From contig JALMLS010000531.1 in NCBI GenBank assembly GCA_038496445.1, positions 186,001-250,000 on the forward strand: a DNA stretch of 64,000 bases, read 5' to 3'. Position numbers and translations under genes: made by a program. Shown piece by piece: positions 25,701 through 37,519 of this stretch. Under the pieces are notes generated by a model. The model did no database searches, had not been told where the DNA came from, and saw nothing but the letters and a program-made list of their open reading frames with translations. Origin of the DNA: Trichosphaerium sp. ATCC 40318. Its lineage: Eukaryota > Protista > Tubulinea. Every line of letters starts with the position of its first letter. Within the stretch, counting starts at the first letter, position 1.

Positions 25701-26528
25701 AGTTGAGAAAAACTTGGGAAGGCATGCTTAATAGATATGTACGTTTAAACGACTACCACGTGCACATATACTCATTTTGTCACGTGTTATAGATTGATGA
25801 ACTCATGGGAGATAAAGCTGAAGGATGTCCTGCTTGCGGTCAAGGTGGAACATGTACACCTGGTAATAACTACTGTACTTGCCGTCCTAACTGGGGTGGT
25901 GTTACTTGCTCTCGATGTACCAAAGGTTGGGAAGGAGCTGACTGTAATGTTCAAAAGTCTTCCTTGACTAGCACCCTACATACAAGTACGCACATTTGAC
26001 AGAGTCAACCAATTTGTTCTCTTCGTTTTCTTCTTTTTTGCTCACCTTTTTTTTTTCTTAAGTTACACATGTTAAGCCAGGAGCTGAACAACATCCTCAA
26101 GCAAAGTATGTCAATCTAGGATCTGTAGAAGATCGCTATTGTGTTAAAGTTGGTATGAGTCATAACTGTGGGGAAGAAGGAGCTAAGGTATTCCGGTGTA
26201 CTCTACACGTTGGACATACATGGACAGCTGAACTTGGTACGAAATTCTTTAACGAGTTTATCATCGCATCTCGCTAACATTTTTCTTCTTTTTTTTAGCC
26301 TACGAAGCAAAAACAAAGCGTGATATTGGCGAAATGTCAGACTATCAAGCTATTGTAGACTCTGAAAGTGAAGAAAATGATCAAGAAGAAGAAGAAGCGG
26401 ATGATACTATTGTATCAAAACGATTTTTATGGGGCAAAAAGAAGAAAAAGGGAAAAAAAAAATGGAGATGTGGTGGTTCTACAGTTACTTGTAGCTTCCG
26501 TTGTTACATCGGAAAACCACCACAGTAA
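22788..26528 (+). CDS. Type II membrane protein: TM, 11-residue coiled-coil stalk, EGF-like modules, MACPF-like domain, EGF-like modules, Cys-containing C-terminal domain; multi-exon
   Basis: TM segment VAVFYVTGGALLGLLLIGIIGAFCFVYF; DTGLTDVNEKV repeats; EGF-like CNPGWGGTLC, CDCPPGWISPDC and CTCRPNWGGVTC. MACPF-like motifs: FASLP...YKFVFDKFGVRYITNSVEGG, CAGG...WTDSLYKAP...IAELI. Confidence 0.8.
23640..23910 (+). repeat. 33-nt coding tandem repeat (hendecad, DTGLTDVNEKV)
   Basis: About 8 copies related to gatacaggtttaacagatgttaacgaaaaagtc; the central copies are nearly identical. Confidence 0.95.
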
Positions 26529-26895
26529 ATAAGGGTGCTGTTTATCATGCAGCATTACACTGAATGAGTTCATTTGGGCTCAATAGAGTAATACTCCAAA
26601 AACCCTTTTTTTTTACATTTAACATTATCAATAAAACAAACTTCAAAGTATTTATTTATTCCTTGTTGCTTTTTTTTATCGTATCAATCAGCCAATAGAG
26701 CCAAACATTGTTTGTTGGAAATTCTGCAATAAACAATAATGGAGAACGTCATAGTGTTTGAAATTAGCAGGACATGAGACAGTTGGCATCATGAGTTTTA
26801 TGAGCTGTCTACAAAAAAATTGACGAATTCCACTCCAGAGAGGTAAGCTCGCTAGGAGCATTCTACTTCCCACTGAGTAGCAAGAAGCTACAACT

Positions 26896-27315
26896 TTGTG
26901 TACAACTATTAGTTTGTTGAGTTACGATGAAAACTGTCCAGGAAGTGACAAACTGTGCAACACGAGTATTAGGCTATATGAACACATTCCTAAAAAGTCA
27001 CAAATCATCAAATATCTAGTTAATAACGCAACGGATGGCTTTACACAAGAACGACTACAGTACCTTATTAAAAACTACTATGAAACTGATCTACGATTTA
27101 TTTGGGAGAGCTACGAAAAGCTTTGCGCAAAAACGAACCAGACACCTCTAAACTTACTGAAAGACCATAGTCTATATGAACAAGCAACCTCATTTGGTGT
27201 TTCAGCGATTACAACCAGAATAAACGCTGAGAGGGATAAAATAGTACAAGGAGACTCTACACTTATTGAAGAAGCTAAAAAAGAGCGCCTGGAGTACTTG
27301 GTTGACAGATACTAA
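26896..27315 (+). CDS. Hypothetical protein (139-codon ORF, true start uncertain)
   Basis: Uninterrupted ORF with protein-like composition; no family recognised. Confidence 0.35.
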   Translation: MCTTISLLSYDENCPGSDKLCNTSIRLYEHIPKKSQIIKYLVNNATDGFTQERLQYLIKNYYETDLRFIWESYEKLCAKTNQTPLNLLKDHSLYEQATSFGVSAITTRINAERDKIVQGDSTLIEEAKKERLEYLVDRY

Positions 27316-27527
27316 ACAGACATAAAACCCGTTTGGACCTCTCCGAAAAAATCTGCGCAAAGACGAAACAAACACCTTTGTACCTCTTAAAAGACCATAC
27401 ACTATATGAGCCATCTTCTAGAATCTATAAACTATCACTTTCAGAAGTTACATCTTGTGGTTACATCAAGTGACTAAAAATGTAAGCTTAGCACTTTTAT
27501 CAAGTACTAGAAAGAAAAAAAATATAG

Positions 27528-28122
27528 GTCACGCCGAAGTGTGGCCTAGCACTTTTACCTGAGCAAGACAGAAGCTTGGAATTCGTATCCGAGTGTACTG
27601 CATCACCTAATTCCGCTACAATATGTAAAGTAGGCTCTATAGTACCAACAGGTCGGAATACCCTTATAAAAAACTATTCGTGTCTTCGGATTTTAATATT
27701 TCATTCAGGAAGCACTTACGGATTTGAAAGTGATGTTGTGCACAATGCTGATACTACTTTCCCATCAAGTCAGATGTACATGAACATGGCTATATTGTTC
27801 TGTTACATGACACAGATTGAGAGATATGCTAAAATCAAGAAGATTGAAACAAAAGACTTACAAGTACGATCAAGTTTTTGACTAAAATCAAACGGAATCT
27901 CAACCCTTTTTGCTCTTTATTAACACGTGTTGTTGCTTTTTTTAGCTTTATCAAGAGCAAGTACACGATGAGCTGGGTGGAAGTTTACATACACACATAT
28001 CTGTTAACTCAAGAAGTGGTGAAAAAGCTATGACTGATACAGTTAAAATGGCAGAAAAAATGTGTTTTCTACATGTAGCTCTGAGAGATGCCCATCCAAT
28101 TAACTTTACAGATAAATTCTAG
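27528..28122 (+). CDS. OsmC/Ohr-like two-cysteine protein; 5' end unresolved, possibly truncated
   Basis: Spliced exons give PTGSTYGFESD...PSSQMYMNMAILFCYMTQIERYAKIKKI...HTHISVNS...VKMAEKMCFLHVAL, with two Cys in OsmC-like contexts. Confidence 0.65.
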
Positions 28123-28269
28123 AATCTAGAAATACTGCTACTCTAAGCCCTATATTGTCCGTGACTTACCTCAGCTGAATAAAATAAAAAAGTATTGATA
28201 AAAGGGTTGTTTATTTATAGTAGTATATACAAGGCGTATCATCCAACGATACGAAAGTTCACATGTGAA

Positions 28270-29177
28270 TCATACCTTCGCCAATACAGGCCTGAATTTT
28301 TTGAGTGCTGGGTCATCTTTACTGACCAAACCCTTCTTTACTTTACGAACTTGTGAAACGACTGTATCAAACTTTTTCATTTCAGGTACTTCAAATATGC
28401 CATCTCCACTGACCTTGTTATTTGGCATGTTCTTATAACGTTGTGATAGTTTTGTCCCTTTAACCCAACCACATGCCCAAAGTGCATCAGGTTCAACAAG
28501 TGGACGAATAGAACCCTTGGAATTCAAGTAGAATCCACTTTTAAACCTTCTACATCCTGTTTTGTTGATCACTTTGCGAGCACCCTTCAATACCTCAAGT
28601 ACAGCCGCAAGTGTTGCATTGGCTTCTGGCATTCCTGTCATCACGTAAAATGTTCTTTTACTGATTGGATGATTTCCTAGACCATAGGGTGAGTCATACA
28701 TCACGATCACCAAAAGTAACAAAGCAAACAATTACATACCTAAACCAGATTTGATTTTTTCTTCAATCCAAGCTGTACGAACTGCTTTTTGAATCTTATC
28801 GTATGGTGTCCACCATGTTCTCATTGAGCAAGAGTCGCTGATATGAGCACAATAACATGTGCCATTTGGATTTGGGCTGATGATTCCGATACAAGGTGCC
28901 AAACCAGCAACACCACAAGGTTTTGCTATCATAAACTGTTAGACTCTATTCCGCGAGAATGAAAACTTACGCAATGACTTCATGAATGTGCCTCCGACAC
29001 CTCCTCCAACAGTTGCAGGGTTAACTGTGGGTTTCTTTGTACTATCATGAAGAGTGTCAGTAATCATTGGATTTCACTTGACGATAAATTAACGTACACT
29101 GGTGCCTTTGATGGTTTCTTCTTTTGAGTGACAACTTTCTTTGTCTTGTTGTTGGTTGATGTTTGTTTGTTTGACAT
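28270..29177 (-). CDS. CheD/CNF1-like putative Cys-His deamidase, paralog B
   Basis: GVAGLAPCIGIISPNPNGTCYCAHISD; same core exon layout as 14822-15807 and a shorter N-terminus. Confidence 0.6.
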
Positions 29178-29714
29178 TTAGCTTGTTGTTGTTTGTGTTG
29201 GTTGTTGTTGATTTTGATTTTTGTAAAGTCAGTGAAACAAGAATGACGTGACAACCACAATTTTTATTTGGTTTCCTCGATAAACACTTTGCTGCACGAG
29301 CACTTCTTTCGCGATACATAGTATTATCGAGTGCTAATACTACGTATTGGAGCTTTATCAACCTATTTAATGGTATGTATAGTTTATAGTCTATACTACC
29401 GCTTTTAGGGTTGATCACGGTCATTCTTAAAGCAGAAACGTGACAAGAAGCCTATCAATAAGTTTTACGTGAAATCTCACGAGAAACATCGTGAAATAAA
29501 TAACGCGAATCTTGACCATGTGTTATTCATCAATAACAAACTAGAAACGTAAACGAGCATGTATAATGAACCGATTTATTCAATCTAAATATATCACGTG
29601 TCAGTGTAGTCAAAACTATTTTAGGATTTAAACTAATAATTTGAATACGCCAATAAAACAGGCGAAAAGTGCGAGAAATGTGGTGGACTAGGCTGTTGCG
29701 GACATGGTAAGGAT

Positions 29715-30172
29715 AATAATTATTGGAAACTTCCTTCTGGTGCAGAAGGAGAAGACTATTTGCCTGCATTCCCTGGTTTGACAGATGGTGATTCTGTATC
29801 TATTAACGTTTGTGTCAGATAGCGTCCTTGTTATCATTTTTCGCTTGGTTCACGTTGGACCGCAAGCTGTTTTGGAGTGTATTAATTATGATCGCTGTTT
29901 TTAGGCAAAGCCTATCCGATGTACACCGCGATTGGAACGGACGGGTGAGTGTTTGATGGAGACTAACCAGGGTCCCAGCCTGGACTGGCCACTGGAACAA
30001 TTCTCGCGAATCCATCCTCTACTATCCACAGCACGAATGGAACAACGTCTCAGCACCACCTGAGGAAATGTAGACTGTTCGTTCAGTGAAAGGAGAAATG
30101 GAGAGCACGGGATTTGAACCGGCAACCCAAGGTAGACGAACCTGCCCATGACCCCACTGGGCTATCGACACC
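29715..30172 (-). mobile_element. tRNA-headed SINE-like element, or Pol III non-coding RNA
   Basis: Minus strand 30172-30099 reads GGTGTCGATAGCCCAGTGGGGTCATGGGCAGGTTCGTCTACCTTGGGTTGCCGGTTCAAATCCCGTGCTCTCCA. It has an A box (TAGCCCAGTGG), a B box (GGTTCAAATCC) and a GCCC/GGGC D stem, but a mispaired acceptor stem. A GC-richer body of about 380 nt follows; its 3' end is approximate. Confidence 0.55.
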
Positions 30173-30411
30173 TTGGTCAACTTTAGGAAAATAAAAGTGA
30201 TAAACACATAAAATGTGTTGGTTGTTTCGACAACTTTTTGTAAAATACAATGTAGCCACATTTCGTGTTTTGCGTATGGTAATTTTGTTTAATTTCATTG
30301 TGTATTCAGGTTTCCCAAAAAAGCTGAATACAGGTCTCATCTGATTGGTCAAAACTAGATTGGCTTAACAGGTCGTTTTAAGTCATTTACCAAATCAAAT
30401 TGACAGACACA

Positions 30412-31300
30412 ATGGCTGCAGCAACAAGAAGTTTTGAGATTCTCCCAAAAGGTGGTGTAATTATACGTAATGCCCTTAATGCAAGTGAACAAGAACAATT
30501 CTTCAAAGATATGCACGATATGGCTGCACCGGTACAACTCTCTATAACGTCTATTTTTCTTTTTTTGCTTTTTTTGAATTGAAATGTATTAATGTTACTG
30601 AACAGAGATATATTGCCGACTTGAAATCAATGGCAGCAAGTGACAACTTCAAGGATAAAAAGTTTCCTTTCCCAATGACTTATTACAGGAACGTACTAAC
30701 TGATGAATGTACAATGAAAGAAAGTATGTACTGATTTTATTTTGGAATAATCTTATTGTTAAAAAAATTAAATCTTGTGTCTACAGGACCTACCAAGACT
30801 CTAGACTGGATTAACAACTTACTCAATGATGTAAAGAAGTATGTTTCGGAGCACAAAGATTGTACAGATCTCGATGACATGTTCAAAATTAAAGATCTTA
30901 TGATTGACAATTTCGTTGCTCAATTGTACCCAAACAAAGGCATGTTGTTCAACCATAAGGACGTCAGTAAGTGCACACATACTCAACACATTTTCACAAT
31001 CTTACTCTGTGACTAGACTTTGGATGGGCTGGATCCCTTACTCTTGGCGCACCATGCGATTTCATGTTTGATGGACAAACTATAAAAATTAATTCGGGTG
31101 ATATCGCCATTGGTAACTTTGGTCAAATTGACCACGGTGTGCCGAAATTATACCCAGAAGAGGCCCCTGAATGGTGGAAATCAGTAGAAAACCATGGATA
31201 CGCACGTTGCAATGTGCAATTTCGCCAGTACGATCAATATACTGGCAAAAAGCAAACAGTCGAAGAGTATGACAAATTCATCACTTGGCAGCGTAGTTAG
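30412..31300 (+). CDS. AlkB-like 2-oxoglutarate/Fe(II) dioxygenase; multi-exon
   Basis: QLYPNKGMLFNHKD (HxD), SLTLGAPCDF, SGDIAI...HGV and ARCNVQFR (RxNxxxR). Confidence 0.8.
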
Positions 31301-31529
31301 AACTACTCATTGCACGTCACTAATGCAAGACGACCCTCTATAATCACATTAACCTCACCATCATAATAAAACCTAACTTGTCAAATACTTGAAGTCTCTT
31401 CGTAAGCACCAATAAAAATGAAATGAGGAATCGAAGCAACACGTGTTAAAATCATCAATATTTATTGTATACCAAATGGTTGGGCGTATTGTATATAAAC
31501 AATCTTGTATAATTAGAAGATCATTCTAT

Positions 31530-33051
31530 TTAACAACACCACATGGTGTTTGGGAAGTTAACGCCGTTCTCAGTGAGTTTTCTGAAAGCCTGAAAAAAAG
31601 AATCCAATAAATACAAGAAAACAATTTCACAAAAAAAAATTCGTTTCGTACGGAAGCAAAGTCCTTCTTAAACAAATCCTCATCAGCAGCGTACATCTGT
31701 ACGTACTTTTTAAACGCTATAAAAAGAATCAATAAAGAAAAGGGAACAAAGATAAAAAGAAGCATACAGGCGTCTTCAAGGAGAGCAACATCAGTAGGTA
31801 ACATCATCAATGTTCCAGTTGCTGCATCAACAAATTGCGTAGCACCACCCATATCTTTTGGTACCCATTCTAAGTAATCTTAGTACTACTACCACAATCA
31901 GGTAAAGGTATTAACACGTACTTTGCTCCAAGAGTTGGACATAGTAGTCATTAGAAAAGTATGTTGGTGACTTTGTCCATGGTCCATCAAAACCAGATCT
32001 ATCAGTGTGACATCTTCCAAGGGCATGAGCACCAGAAAGAGCGACAATTTCCTTGTCGTTAAATCCCATTCTGTAAAAGATATCTCTCAAGTGAGAACCA
32101 CCTTGAGTAGCGTCTGGCAAGCGACCATCTTCAGTGCAGCTAGTTAACAACAATTAGAAACCAGGTCAACAAAAGATACAACATACTTTGAGTTGTCCGG
32201 GCTATCAGAACGTCCAAGACGGAATGGTACAGCTGGACCATCCATTTCTTCAAGAGCAACATAACCAGCAAAGGTGTAAAGGTCAGCATAAGAGATTTCT
32301 GGATGTCTAATTCAAACCGTAAGAAATCTGTGATTACAGGAAGCAAAAGTTGACGTTACCTCTTTTTGATGTCTTCTAAACGAGCCATGGCGTGATGCAA
32401 ACCAGCATTGGCACCATAGTCCTTTTCAGGAGAGAAACTAAGCAAACAGTAAACACAAAGCGAGCAAAAAAAACAAACTTTAAGAATTCGAGCTGTACCG
32501 AATATTGGCGCCATCAGAACCACCGTCACCAGACTTGGTACTGTAAGTACCAGAGTTATGCCAGCAAAGACGCATCAATACTGGGCCCCAAGAGCCGTCA
32601 TCCCACAAAGGATCGCTCTGAAAAATGTCAAAAAAAATAAAACGTTTACACCATAAAGCTAACGTACCAAAGTCTCAACAATCTCTGCGCGGATTTGGGC
32701 AAGGTCTAAGAACGATTACGTCAGTACATTTTCGTTATTGGCGCAAACAAATGAAGTGGGCGATTTACAACGAAATATAACGGTATACTCGCTGGCAAAG
32801 CCTCTTAGTGCGCGTACCAACTTTTTTTTCGTCAGCGGCTGCGGTCGTTAACCACAAAGACAATCCACCGAAAGTAGCTAGGGCAGCGACTTTCATGACG
32901 TTTGAGGAAGAGGAACTTTGTACTCCTGTCGTTGCTGTGGCATAAGTGCGTGCTGCTTTGTAATTAGCGCTACAATTCATAGTACAACGCGCATACCCTT
33001 TTTCGTGTACGAACGTTGAGAAAAGCGAGAAGAAGCGATAAAACGTCTCAT
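31530..33051 (-). CDS. Class I haem peroxidase (cytochrome c/ascorbate peroxidase) with a mitochondrial-type presequence; multi-exon
   Basis: [50 protein letters not shown] and [10 protein letters not shown]; Arg/Ser-rich N-terminus followed by a hydrophobic stretch. Confidence 0.92.
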
Positions 33052-33491
33052 CTACAAAGAGCGTTAAAAGACAACGTTAAAATACAACGCCATTGCTCGT
33101 TGTTATTAACTTGGGCTTGATAGCAAATAAAAAACTTTACAGCGTCTGGTTTTGATCAAACGGCGGGGAAATTAACCCCTACCAACGACAACTACGGTTA
33201 TCAAAAATGGACGCACAAGCGCTTTTGATTAACGCGCCGTCAGTTTTGGAAGATTTAACGTTGCAAAAAACAAAAGGAAAAAAAGGGCGTACGTTGTTGG
33301 GCGGTTTGTTGTTTGTGGAACGATTAAGTGTTGCAAATCAAAAATCTATCTTAAACAGTACAAATACAACATTCCAGTACTTACAGTCAGTCACCAATAA
33401 ATCAATGAGAACGCAGTGCTTCACAGCAATTTAATGAAAGTTTTTCCAACGAATTTTTTTTTTGTTTAACGTTGCTTTATTTACATTAATT

Positions 33492-35128
33492 TTAGTACTC
33501 CTCATCTTGTCCATACGTTTGACGTGCTTTTTCCTGTTTCAAAACCTTATAACGATGTAGGTTAATTTTCTCCAAGTTATCAGAGTTTGCTCTGTAAATT
33601 TTTCCTTGTTCTCCAAAAGTAGTTGGTTTACGGTTTCCTGTTGATTTTTTCGTTTGTGACGCGGCACTAAAAACATAATAAGCAAAGAAGTCGTACGAGA
33701 GAAAAAAAAGAAAAACCTTGCTCTAAGCACGGTGGCAGCTCAAACAAATGGCTTCAAAAAGCGCCTTCATTGTTGCAAGTAAGGTCAAGTATACGTACCG
33801 AGCCATAGCTGCGTTTCTGAGATCCCAGGACGCTAATTTATTTCTTCTCATTGATAGATCCAAAGAAGGTCCCATCTCTTCTAATTCTACTTGTGGTGTC
33901 TAATAAAACGTAAGATGAGGCGAAAAAAAAAAACAAAAAAAACACGTACTGCGCTGCCAGCCTTTTTTAGTTTTATTAGACAATGCCTAATTTGCACTGT
34001 ACCATCTTCTTTTACTGTAACGACAAATACTCTTGAAAAAAAAATTAGAGAAAAGCAAACAAACAACTACGGAGAAATGGCTCTTTTTTGCGATCTCCAC
34101 TGGGTTGCCATACCACATATGAAAATAAACAGCCATTTAGGCGATTAATTTGTATAAAATAAAATGAAATTGATCAAATGTCGTTACCTATCAATAGAGT
34201 GTAGATGAATCTTATCAACCATCCAACCACGGAAAAAATCAACTAAAAAATTACCAAGTACTTTATATGTATCATCTGTTTGAAATCGCTCACTAGCTAA
34301 TAAAATACATGGTTTTGTACCAAATCCAGACTTGCCAGACTAAAGAGTGTATAAGTATTTTAAAAGAGTAGATAAATGAAACCTGAGATCGCAAAGCTAC
34401 TAAAACTTGGTTGGTGCTAAGAAAAAAAAAACGTACTTTTATAGTACGGATAGACTCAAAGTGCTCTACGCCAAACTCAAACATATCCATTACATGGTGA
34501 TTAAACATACGCCCAAGAACAAGGTTATTTGGGCGCTTCTTTGTATGACTCGCAAAGCAGAACAAAGAGGCATCGTGTCTGAGAAAAAAGGCGTTAGCAA
34601 AAAAAAAACCTGAAAACAAACAAAAAAAAAATAGACATTTGACACTTCAAAAAAAACTCGGTAAAATGCTTTTCTGTGCGTACTTTCGCGATAAAAACTC
34701 GAGTTCTGAAGAGTCTTCAAAGGGAACGATGTTTTCAGTAATTTTGGCAACTTTTTTAGCGTATGGTTGTTTTATAGTGATCTAAATGCGTCGTTAGTTC
34801 GAGAAATGAGTTCGCGTATAAAAGTTTTAAATTCTTAGGTGGTTTCGCGAAGTTTAGGAAAACCATCAGAGTGTTTCATTATACACCAATGGTGCATCAC
34901 CTCTTCCACGTACCAAGTCATCTATAACATTACGGACGAGCTGTGATGCTCTGCGATTAATAACGCATACAGTTTGTTTTACACGCTCAACATCTTGTGG
35001 TTGTCTTTTAGCTATTGCGCGCGCTCCCTTACGCGTTTTTGGTTGGCTATTGGCGTAAATTTGTTTGTAATTTGGAATATAGCGTACCGTATAGCTGATT
35101 CGATACCTAAACTTGGTGCACCACTCAT
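33492..35128 (-). CDS. RPF2: Ribosome production factor 2 (Brix domain); multi-exon
   Basis: DASLFCFASHTKKRPNNLVLGRMFNHHVMDMFEFG, NFLVDFFRG and PQVELEEMGPSLDL are characteristic of Rpf2. Confidence 0.9.
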
Positions 35129-35280
35129 ATTGTACAAGCTGCCGTCCTCAGATCAAGTTTTTGGTTCCGTATTTTTTTTGAGAATCTCGTAGGAAGACAT
35201 TTTAAGTGGACCAAATTTACTTGCTTAATCGCTGAACTCAGAGTTCACTATGGAAAGTTGCCGACTTTTCATTCACCAAA

Positions 35281-37519
35281 ATGGCAGTCGTGTCGAACAT
35301 GCAACCGCCAGTAGTACAAGCGACGCCCATTCAAATAAACTATGCCGACCACAAGCCTGGCTTACTCATTAGTGTACGCCCAGAGATTCGAAAAGGCTGT
35401 GTCTGGGACATCAACTTGAAGTTCTCTAAAGAGCTCTTACAACGTGAAAAAATACGCTATGTATACTTGGAGAAGCCAAGAACAGCAAGAGATGTCCATT
35501 ACCTTTGCTTAAAAGTGAGAAGCAAGTTAATCCGACCAAGACGAGAAATTGCGTTCCGTAAGGTCGCAAACATTGATAGCGATGTTGACAGGCTCGAAAT
35601 AAACGAAACGGGCAATTTAGTGCTCAAAGCGAGATTCACACAAAGGCCTCGCGCTGTATTCCACAAGCACGCAGACGTAATGATATTCATCGCAAGCATC
35701 AAGACGACTCGTAGCGATCGTGTAATCGTAACGGATGAACACGAGCTTATTTTCCGCGGTGGAACCGGTACGTTAATATATACACCTACTACACCGCAAA
35801 AACCGTATCATTTGTGCAAAGTTTTTCGTAACAAAATGCAGTTTTTTTTCTTGATCATGTTTGTTTACGTAAGTATTAGGTTCCGTACACTCCGCAGATA
35901 GTAGAAAAAAGAGTATACGCAATGAAGAAAAAAAGAAAATGACAGCACCAAACGCGTTTCACATGCAATATCTAAAGTATCTTGAAAAAGGAGAAGCTCT
36001 ACCTAGACCTGTTTATGACCTTACAAGCGCTTCATCTCTATACAACGACTTCGTAGCGAACCAAGGGTAAGATTTTTTTTTCACTATTTATTATTTTTTG
36101 GATAATATCGCCGAAATTGGGCGTTTCTAGCGATATAAGTGTTAATTATCTTTTAGAGAGTGTTTAGCTGCTCAACCTGAATTATCTGACCTTTTTCAAA
36201 CTTATGATTCTCTTGAACCACCAATGATGGCCAGCGCAGTAACAAATACTGTACCAGAGTCAATGTTCTTACCAGATGGTTCGTACATTATTTTCGGGAA
36301 TTGCGAAGAAGCGGGCTTTTATTTTTTTTTTTTGGTTGATCTCGAGAATTTTTTGCGATTAAACGCTTACTACTACCTCTATTGAATGCATCCTTATTGA
36401 TTTTTACCCTTTAGGTGGTGTAAATCAACAAATGAACCAAATGAACCAAATGAGTCAAATGAACCAAATGAACGTGTTTGGCGCTCCTACAAATCAATTC
36501 GTTTCTGATCAATCTATGGACTTTGGTGCACCTACAGGTGTTCAAGTTGATGCCAGTGGATGTAAATTTACAACAGTTTTTGACGTGCGAAGGTATGTAG
36601 TCGGCGCCTTTATTCGGCGATTTTTTGTGGAGAATTATTGTGATATCCTTTGCTAAGTTTGTCTGTTTAGGGGTATGTGCAAGAACTGTACAGATGAATG
36701 TGAAGTTTACCAAGGGAGAGGAGGTGCCTGCGAGAATTGTGGATGTTATCCTGCACATCACGGTACGAATACGTTTCCCAATCCAACACAACAGAAAAAA
36801 AATTCACAAACTTACGAGTATTCTGCTATGACTGAGAATACTTGCCATTTTTATTATTTTTTTATTTCATTTTATTGGCGACCTTGTCACGCAGTTTTAT
36901 TGCGAATGTCATCTCTTTATCGCATCATTATAAGCTCAGTTTCTTATTCCCTTTTAGAAAATTTGGATAATCCAAAATCTTGTAAACGTAAGCGTGATGA
37001 TGAAGAGATGGATGGACCTCCACATAAGCGTAAAAAGTATTTGTTAGAATCTCGGTTTTATCAACGACTTTTCTTCAAATCCTTAAATTTTATGACGCTG
37101 GACGAACTGTGTACAGTCTGTCAAAATGCACCACTACCATTTTTTGTAAAGGTACGTTTCTTGATCATCTTCTCTTACAACATTTTTTTTTACATCAATT
37201 CAAAACGGCATCGAGACTGATTTATTCATCATAGGACGAGACTGGTGTTTACAAATACGTTAATCCAGCTTTCTGCTTTTTTATCCTTGATAGTTGTCGT
37301 ATAAACGATGTACTTGATAAGGATGTATCACAGATTCTATCAGATAAGCATGAATCAACAGAAGTTATGAAACATGATAAGTATCTGTTTTCACATGAAG
37401 GAGAAATTAAGACTTTCGATGTTTGTGTAAACAAACAAGATTTCAGAGTAATGAAGCTGTTCACAACATTGCGCGATGGGAAGAAGTATCTCATTGGTGC
37501 TGTAATCTCAGACACTTAA
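35281..37519 (+). CDS. Putative transcription regulator: basic beta-rich N-terminal domain, M/N/Q-rich linker, Cys/His cluster, NLS-like segment, C-terminal PAS domain; multi-exon
   Basis: C-terminus NAPLPFFVK|DETGVYKYVNPAFC...DVLDK...DGKKYLIGAVISD fits a PAS pattern; CKNCTDECEVY...CENCGCYPAHH; KRKR...HKRKK. Confidence 0.65.

Noticed and set aside
30075-30120. Plus-strand resemblance to U6atac (GAAAGGAGA...ACGGGATTTGA)
   Set aside because: The internal stem-loop is missing, and half the match is just the reverse complement of the tRNA-like T arm.
30099-30172. Functional tRNA gene
   Set aside because: The acceptor stem has several mismatches, the anticodon arm is short with a 6-nt loop, and the T stem is mispaired.
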